Source: Gemmatimonas sp. (GTDB lineage Bacteria; Gemmatimonadota; Gemmatimonadetes; Gemmatimonadales; Gemmatimonadaceae). Taken from it: a DNA stretch of 64,000 nucleotides. A program made the translations under genes and the position numbers. Under the pieces are notes generated by a model, which was not told the origin of the DNA, did not search any database, and saw only the letters and a list, made by a program, of their open reading frames with translations. Position 1 is the stretch's first letter. Each line of letters starts with the position of its first letter. The DNA is taken from assembly GCA_965279375.1 (NCBI GenBank), contig OZ257156.1, positions 1,056,001 to 1,120,000 on the forward strand, in the 5' to 3' direction. Shown piece by piece: positions 58,415-64,000 of this stretch.

Positions 58415-58924
58415 ATGACCTTTCATTCATCGCTCGTGCTCGCGCTGCTGGCCATGGGCGCCCTTCGCTCTCGGCCATCACCGCGGATGGCCCCGATCAC
58501 CGAGACTCGTCGTCACGCCGACGTCGCCCGACTGACGTGGATGGCCGGATGCTGGATGCATCGGTCGGGCACACGAACCATCGAGGAGCAGTGGATGCTG
58601 CCGATGGGAGGATCCCTGATTGGGATGGGTCGGACGGTGGATGGCGGGGTGCTGCGCGAGTGGGAAGCGCTCCGCATCGTCAGTCAGAACGACAAGGCCG
58701 ACTACATCGCCCAGCCGAACGGCGGCAGTCCGACGCGCTTTGCCGAGGTGGTCACGAACGACAGCGTAGCCGTCTTCGAGAATCCGACGCACGACTTTCC
58801 TCAGCGCATCGCGTATCGTCGAGTGCACGCCGACTCGATCATCGCCACAATCTCCGCCGTGCGCGACGGACGTTCCCGTGGGATGGAGATCCCGATGGGT
58901 CGCGTGCGCTGCGGCGGCGCGTAG
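58415..58924 (+). CDS. DUF6265-like protein
   Basis: L.WMAGCW, EEQW..P.GG.LIG, Y.AQP.G, FENP.HDFPQRI.Y. Confidence 0.8.
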   Translation: MTFHSSLVLALLAMGALRSRPSPRMAPITETRRHADVARLTWMAGCWMHRSGTRTIEEQWMLPMGGSLIGMGRTVDGGVLREWEALRIVSQNDKADYIAQPNGGSPTRFAEVVTNDSVAVFENPTHDFPQRIAYRRVHADSIIATISAVRDGRSRGMEIPMGRVRCGGA

Positions 58925-59014
58925 TCTCAACGCCGCTGCGCGGCCGAGCATTCGTCTGCATCTTGCCGCAGCGTTCTTGCGCGACGGCGTCTTCACTTCG
59001 TCCAACCGTTCGGC

Positions 59015-59806
59015 ATGCTCACTCGCATACTCGTTGTCGACGACGAGCCCCTCGCCCGCGAGCGCCTGAGCGTCCTTGTCGGCGCGCGGGCCATCGACGC
59101 GGAGATCCGTGAGGCCGCGAGCGGCGAGTCGGCAATCGCGATGATCGAAGCGTGGGCACCACAGCTGGTGTTTCTCGACATCGAGATGCCGGACGGCACC
59201 GGGCTCGAAGTGGTGGCGCGCGTCGGCGCGCACAACATGCCGTGCACCGTGTTCACCACAGCCCATGACGAATTCGCCGTGAACGCGTTCGATCTGGCGG
59301 CGGTGGACTATCTCCTCAAGCCGTTCGACGAGGCGCGCTTCGACCGGGCGTGGAGGCGGGCACTCGAGCGCCAAACGCGCGAGGCGATTGTCGCGCAGGC
59401 ACGCCGTCTGGGAGATCTTGCGTCGGCCTTTCCCGAGACTGCGCCGGAACCACGACCGTCGGCGCCTCGCTACATCGATCGGCTGGTGGTGAAGCAGGAG
59501 CAGCGCACGGTCGTGGTCATGCTGAGCGACGTGCAGTGGTTCGAGGCGGACGGCAACTATGTCGTGCTGCACGCGGGACGGGAGACATATCAGGTGCGCG
59601 ACTCACTCACGAGTCTGGAGACTCGCCTCGACCCGGCGCGGTTTGTACGCATCCACCGTCAGACGATCGTGGACATGCGCGCGATGAAGGAGATTCAGCC
59701 GTGGTTCGGCGGTGATCAGATGATGATCCTGCGCAATGGCCAACGGCTGAAGGTGAGTCGCAATCTCCGGGCGGCGGTCGCCAAGCGCATCGCTGGCGAA
59801 TGGTGA
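59015..59806 (+). CDS. LytTR-family response regulator
   Basis: VDDEPLAR, FLDIEMP, DYLLKPFD..RF, FVRIHR, VSR. Confidence 0.95.
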   Translation: MLTRILVVDDEPLARERLSVLVGARAIDAEIREAASGESAIAMIEAWAPQLVFLDIEMPDGTGLEVVARVGAHNMPCTVFTTAHDEFAVNAFDLAAVDYLLKPFDEARFDRAWRRALERQTREAIVAQARRLGDLASAFPETAPEPRPSAPRYIDRLVVKQEQRTVVVMLSDVQWFEADGNYVVLHAGRETYQVRDSLTSLETRLDPARFVRIHRQTIVDMRAMKEIQPWFGGDQMMILRNGQRLKVSRNLRAAVAKRIAGEW

Positions 59807-60936
59807 CGGACACCGCCGGTCCCGTTCAACGACTGCAGCGCTGGCTGCTCGGCTTCTGGATCGTCCCGGTATTGGTCGGCACCCTGGGATTCGTTCTGGT
59901 TCCGTCGCGTCTGAATCCTGGACTGTCACTGGCAGCGCTGTTTCTCGCCCAAATCGCGATCTGGGGAGCGTGGGTGGGGTGGACGATCTTGCTCTGGCGA
60001 CTCGGCGATCGGCTCGCATCGCGCGGCGCTGGCATGGCGGTGCAGATCATCGCGTTCGGCGTGGTCGGTATCGTTGTCGTGGTGGCGCAGATCTTCTGGC
60101 AAGCGACCATCGCGAGCGCATTCGGTTGGATCGAGCCGCGCGGCGTGGAGAGTACCCTCGTCATCGGACTGCGAACGAACGGGGACTATTTCGTGGTGAT
60201 GTATGCGGCCGTGGTGCTTGCGCAACTGGCGTTTCGCTGGCTGGCCACGTTGCAGGCGGCGCAGGTCAGCGCTGCGCAACTCGGAGAGGATCTCGCGCGT
60301 GCGCAGCTTCGTGCGCTGCGCTCACAGTTGCATCCGCATTTTCTGTTCAACGCCTTGAACTCCGTGGTCACGCTCATCGGACGCGATCCGGCGCGTGCAG
60401 AGCAGGTCGTGGTGCAGCTCTCCGATCTGTTGCGCGCAACGCTGCGCTCTGCGGAATCGCAGGAAGTGACGTTGTCTCAGGAACTGGAGCTGACTCGACG
60501 CTATCTGGCCATCGAGCAAGTGCGCTTTGCCGATCGTTTAACCGTGCATTGGCGCGTGCCGTCCGTTCCACATGTGCTGGTGCCGGCGTTTGCGCTGCAG
60601 CCGTTAGTCGAGAACGCGCTCGTGCATGGCATTGCGCGGAGCACAGCGGGAGGAACGGTCACGATCGACGTGACGTTCGATGACACGTCGGTCACGCTGC
60701 AGGTTGGCAATACGGGGCCGGGGCTCTGGCCGCCGTCCACCGCCAGCGGCGCCGGTACGGGATTGAGCAATCTGCGAACACGGTTGGAACGACTCTACGG
60801 CGATCGCGCTTCCTTGCGACTACAAGAGGGTCCGATGCCAGCACTGACGGCGAGCGATGCAGCGCCAACAGGCGGAGCCGGCGTGGTCGCGACGCTTCGT
60901 CTGCCGCGCTCCACCTCAGGCGCTGTGGACACGTAA
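59800..60936 (+). CDS. LytS/YehU-type sensor histidine kinase
   Basis: N-terminal TM segments; LRSQLHPHFLFNALN, EQVRFADRL, LQPLVENA..HG, GTGLSNL..RL. Confidence 0.93.
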   Translation: MVTDTAGPVQRLQRWLLGFWIVPVLVGTLGFVLVPSRLNPGLSLAALFLAQIAIWGAWVGWTILLWRLGDRLASRGAGMAVQIIAFGVVGIVVVVAQIFWQATIASAFGWIEPRGVESTLVIGLRTNGDYFVVMYAAVVLAQLAFRWLATLQAAQVSAAQLGEDLARAQLRALRSQLHPHFLFNALNSVVTLIGRDPARAEQVVVQLSDLLRATLRSAESQEVTLSQELELTRRYLAIEQVRFADRLTVHWRVPSVPHVLVPAFALQPLVENALVHGIARSTAGGTVTIDVTFDDTSVTLQVGNTGPGLWPPSTASGAGTGLSNLRTRLERLYGDRASLRLQEGPMPALTASDAAPTGGAGVVATLRLPRSTSGAVDT

Positions 60937-62324
60937 ACCAGCACGCTGTTTTCTGCAGATGCTGACGGCAGACCGCCGGCAGATGGTACAGGCGACTCCC
61001 AGCGACTGTTGCCCACGTAGACGACGCCGGACGCCGTGGCCGCAATGCTCGTTGGCGCCGGCGCGAGCGACGGCTGCCGATCGGCGACGGCCACATCGAT
61101 CACCGCTGTGAAGGTCGCGTTCAGCGTGATCGCCAGTATCTGTGGGACCGTGCCGCCGTTCTGGACGGCATACACGCGCCCGCCGTGCCACGCGATTCCG
61201 TCGAGCCCGAGCACGCTTCTGCCCGGTGCGTCTGTGACGCGTTGGATCCGCCGTGTGGCGAGCGTCAGGACATAGAGCCCATGCGAATAGTCGGCGAGGA
61301 GAACTTTCTCTCCGCCAGGGAGGAGCGTCAGTCCCTGCAGCGATCGAAAGCCCGGATGCCGAAGTGCACTCCATCGTTGTGCCCTATGGTGCCACCAGTA
61401 CAGCTGCCCTGTCTCACTATCGCTCACCAACACGTCGCCACCGGGCAGTGGCAGCATATCGCCGGGAAGGTGCGAATCGTATGGATTGGGGAGCGGATGC
61501 CATTCGACGACCGCACCGTCGGCGATTCGCACGCGGAGCAATGCTGCTCCCGGTGCGCTCGGAGCGCCAAGCGGCCGCGGCACGAGCGGATGTGGAGCGC
61601 TCGTGACCCACAAAGAACGGTCGTCCAACGCCACACGCGTGGAAAGAACGGCGGCGACGCGCGCGTCGCGTGACACTCCCAAGTCTCGCCAATCTCCGTT
61701 CGCGGTCAGCGAGAGCACGGTCCGGCCGCGGATGCTCGTGACGAACAGCTGTCCGCTGCGCGCACTGGCCGCGAGCCCCTCCACCAGCACCGACGAGTCG
61801 ATCGACGCAAGCGCACGTCCTCGCACCACCGGCAGCGACGCCTCCTGCAACGCGTCTACGTCGGCGCGATCGAGATTGTCGTTCGCCCATCGATGCAGCA
61901 GCGTGTCCTGCCAGACGGCAGCAGCTTGATGCATCGCGACGAGCGCGTGGGACGCGGCGACAAATTCCGAGGCCCGGTTGTCGAGCGCGGCGGCGCGCGC
62001 ACGCGCGAGCCAGTACGCCGGCTGTGTCGGCCATGCATCGGTGGCCGCGCGTAGCAGCGAATCCCTCACCCACTGCGAGGTGGCTTGCTGTGCCGCACGG
62101 AACGCGGTGCGTGCGACCGTCGCCGAATCGGCGGCGGCGTCGCGGCTCGACGGTGGCGTCGCGCGCCGGAATGGTGCGGCATTTTGCGCCTGGACGGTTG
62201 CGACGCCGCTCAATGGTGCCGCAAGACCGATCAACAGTGCGAACGATCTCGCGTTGCGCACGCGGGGCGGAGCGAGCTCCCGCGCTGGCGTCTGTGATTC
62301 GCGAAAGCGCTCCATCTGCCTCAT
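60795..62324 (-). CDS. Secreted beta-propeller (SMP-30/gluconolactonase-like) protein
   Basis: ATG 62324 overlaps the upstream stop; EGLA, SLQGL, ADYSHGL, GLDGI..., VQNG. Confidence 0.7.
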   Translation of the reverse strand: MRQMERFRESQTPARELAPPRVRNARSFALLIGLAAPLSGVATVQAQNAAPFRRATPPSSRDAAADSATVARTAFRAAQQATSQWVRDSLLRAATDAWPTQPAYWLARARAAALDNRASEFVAASHALVAMHQAAAVWQDTLLHRWANDNLDRADVDALQEASLPVVRGRALASIDSSVLVEGLAASARSGQLFVTSIRGRTVLSLTANGDWRDLGVSRDARVAAVLSTRVALDDRSLWVTSAPHPLVPRPLGAPSAPGAALLRVRIADGAVVEWHPLPNPYDSHLPGDMLPLPGGDVLVSDSETGQLYWWHHRAQRWSALRHPGFRSLQGLTLLPGGEKVLLADYSHGLYVLTLATRRIQRVTDAPGRSVLGLDGIAWHGGRVYAVQNGGTVPQILAITLNATFTAVIDVAVADRQPSLAPAPTSIAATASGVVYVGNSRWESPVPSAGGLPSASAENSVLVYVSTAPEVERGRRSVATTPAPPVGAASLAVSAGIGPSCSRKEARSP

Positions 62325-63121
62325 GGCGCGAGGTGCAGATACTTGGGATTCCGCGCGAGCGCGCGCGTGGCGGCATCCTGCAGTGCGCGCACGGTCGCAG
62401 CGCTGATCGGCGCACCGGGGATCGTCGGAGGGAGAGCCGCCGGCGGGATGCCGGTGATGCGCTCCAGCAGCACGATGGCGCTCAGGTACGTGCCGATGAT
62501 GGTGGGATGCAGTTCGTCGGCGTACAGGTCGCGGTACGCGCTGAGCTCCGGTGAGAAGAGCTCGGCGTAGATCACCCAGGCATCGCCAGCGGGTGCGAAG
62601 ATCCCTTCCACGGCGCGCGCCGCATTCCGATACGACGTGGCGACGTTGGGAAAGTCGAATAGCCGGCCGGCGCTCGGCCACACCATGAACAGCACCGGTT
62701 CGGCACCAGTTTCTCTGATCAGCGGTGCGAACTGCATGGTCCACGTCTGCAAGTGCTGCTGGCTTTCCGGCAACGCCGACGAGCCTTGCTGCAACACAAC
62801 GTGCGACCATCGGCGATTCCGAAGCCAGAGCCGCGTGGTGCCCTGCTGGTAGTGATCGCTCAAGGCGTAGTCGGGCAACGCAATCGTTGCCACGGCGATG
62901 GTGGTGTCGCCGGCGAGACCGGCGAGCTCCTGCATCATGGCGGGAAGGCTGTTGGAGTACGTCAGCGAGTTCCCGATGAAGAGCACGGGGTGGGCGGCCG
63001 TAATCGTCGGCGGCGGCGAGACCGCGCCGGTCGAGCAGCCTCCGAGCAGCGGCGCCAGCAGTGGCGCCAGCAGTGGCGCCAGCAGAAGCATGGCGCGCCG
63101 GGTCTTGAATCGTGTAGGCAT
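62321..63121 (-). CDS. SGNH-hydrolase-like lipoprotein
   Basis: Lipobox LGGC; VLFIGNSLTY.N, VVLQQG, D..HP...GTYL. Confidence 0.8.
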   Translation of the reverse strand: MPTRFKTRRAMLLLAPLLAPLLAPLLGGCSTGAVSPPPTITAAHPVLFIGNSLTYSNSLPAMMQELAGLAGDTTIAVATIALPDYALSDHYQQGTTRLWLRNRRWSHVVLQQGSSALPESQQHLQTWTMQFAPLIRETGAEPVLFMVWPSAGRLFDFPNVATSYRNAARAVEGIFAPAGDAWVIYAELFSPELSAYRDLYADELHPTIIGTYLSAIVLLERITGIPPAALPPTIPGAPISAATVRALQDAATRALARNPKYLHLAP

Positions 63122-63379
63122 GACGCATGGTGCAGGCAGAGGCGTTGCGTCGCGACGCGCGTGGGCCAGAGTGTGCCTGCTCCATGGTCAACGGTGAACG
63201 CGCGGTGATCGACTTAGCGCCTGTGACCATGCATCCGGTGGGCGATCTGCTGCGGATAGCGAAGACCGTGCGCCGCGAGGCTACCTTTCGCGGCCACAGC
63301 GCGAGGACGTCAGCGTTCGATTCTGACCTGTCGCATCGTCCTCACGCGCGAACGCCTGCCGCCACCAGGGTCCGAGCAC

Positions 63380-64000
63380 GTGCTGACGCTTTTCACCATC
63401 GTTTTTCTGGATCTGATCGGCTTCGGCATGATCATTCCAGTGTTTCCGTTCTACGCGCAGGAGGTCGGCGTGGACCCGGCGTCGGTCATCTTCTTCCTCG
63501 GCCTCTACTCGCTGGGGCAATTGGTGGGTGCGCCGATCTGGGGCACGCTTTCCGATCGCATCGGGCGGCGACCGGTGCTGCTGATGACACTGCTCGCCAA
63601 TGCGGGCGCCTCGTGGATGCTGGCCTACTCGGACAACGGCCTGTTTCTCGGGGCGTCGCGTATCGTCGCGGGTCTGGCGGCGGGCAACATCTCCGCGGCG
63701 TACGCCTACACGACCGACATCACCACTGACGCAACGCGCCCCAAGGCACTTGGCTTGCTTGGCTCCGCGTTCGGGCTGGGATTCATTCTGGGTCCGGCGC
63801 TGGGCGGGCTACTGGCGGGGGCCAATCCGGATGACGTGGGTGCGCTCGCACGCGTGGCGCACGGCGCAGCCGCGTTGTCGATCGTCGCGTTCGTTCTGAC
63901 GCTCTTCAAGCTGCCGGAGTCGCTGCCGCCGGAAAAGCGCGCGCAGAAGGGGAGCAAGCGTCCGAGTCTGATGGCGCAGTTCAAACGCCCGGTGCTGCGC
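63380..64000 (+). CDS. MFS transporter (DHA1/TetA-like), truncated by the window end
   Basis: Manual translation: VFLDLIGFGMIIPVFP...GTLSDRIGRRPVL...AFGLGFILGPALGG; start approximate. Confidence 0.88.
   Translation, partial: MLTLFTIVFLDLIGFGMIIPVFPFYAQEVGVDPASVIFFLGLYSLGQLVGAPIWGTLSDRIGRRPVLLMTLLANAGASWMLAYSDNGLFLGASRIVAGLAAGNISAAYAYTTDITTDATRPKALGLLGSAFGLGFILGPALGGLLAGANPDDVGALARVAHGAAALSIVAFVLTLFKLPESLPPEKRAQKGSKRPSLMAQFKRPVLR

Noticed and set aside
62325..63230. N-terminal 302 codons of the 811-aa minus ORF
   Set aside because: Alternative frame of the SGNH lipoprotein; the real start is ATG 62324, coupled to the upstream stop

Overview
GC-rich chromosomal segment with about 55 densely packed genes. 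I found no rRNA, tRNA, CRISPR array, integrase or transposase. The gene content and protein style suggest a Gemmatimonadota bacterium (inference), probably a bacteriochlorophyll phototroph because a hemN-bchJ pair is present. Identified genes include hrpB, an AlaX editing protein, tkt, an FeS-type (6-4) photolyase next to a Cho/UvrC-like nuclease, two two-component systems, aroF-chorismate mutase with a divergent ACT-less pheA, sahR-ahcY, mlaE/mlaD, a cardiolipin synthase, uronate catabolism genes (GntR-SDR-uxuA; eda-kdgK), matB/matC-like genes and many secreted proteins. The strongest signals are non-coding. (1) A sigma-28-type promoter precedes a c-di-GMP-I (GEMM-I) fold riboswitch carrying the G20A change associated with 3',3'-cGAMP sensing, upstream of a subtilase lipoprotein. 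(2) A leaderless 27-codon Phe/Tyr leader peptide with antiterminator and terminator precedes aroF. (3) A ~137-nt nested hairpin lies downstream of ahcY. (4) Several palindromic or direct-repeat operators can be read directly (SahR, TetR, GntR, OmpR-type). All family assignments come from motif recognition by eye; no searches were run.
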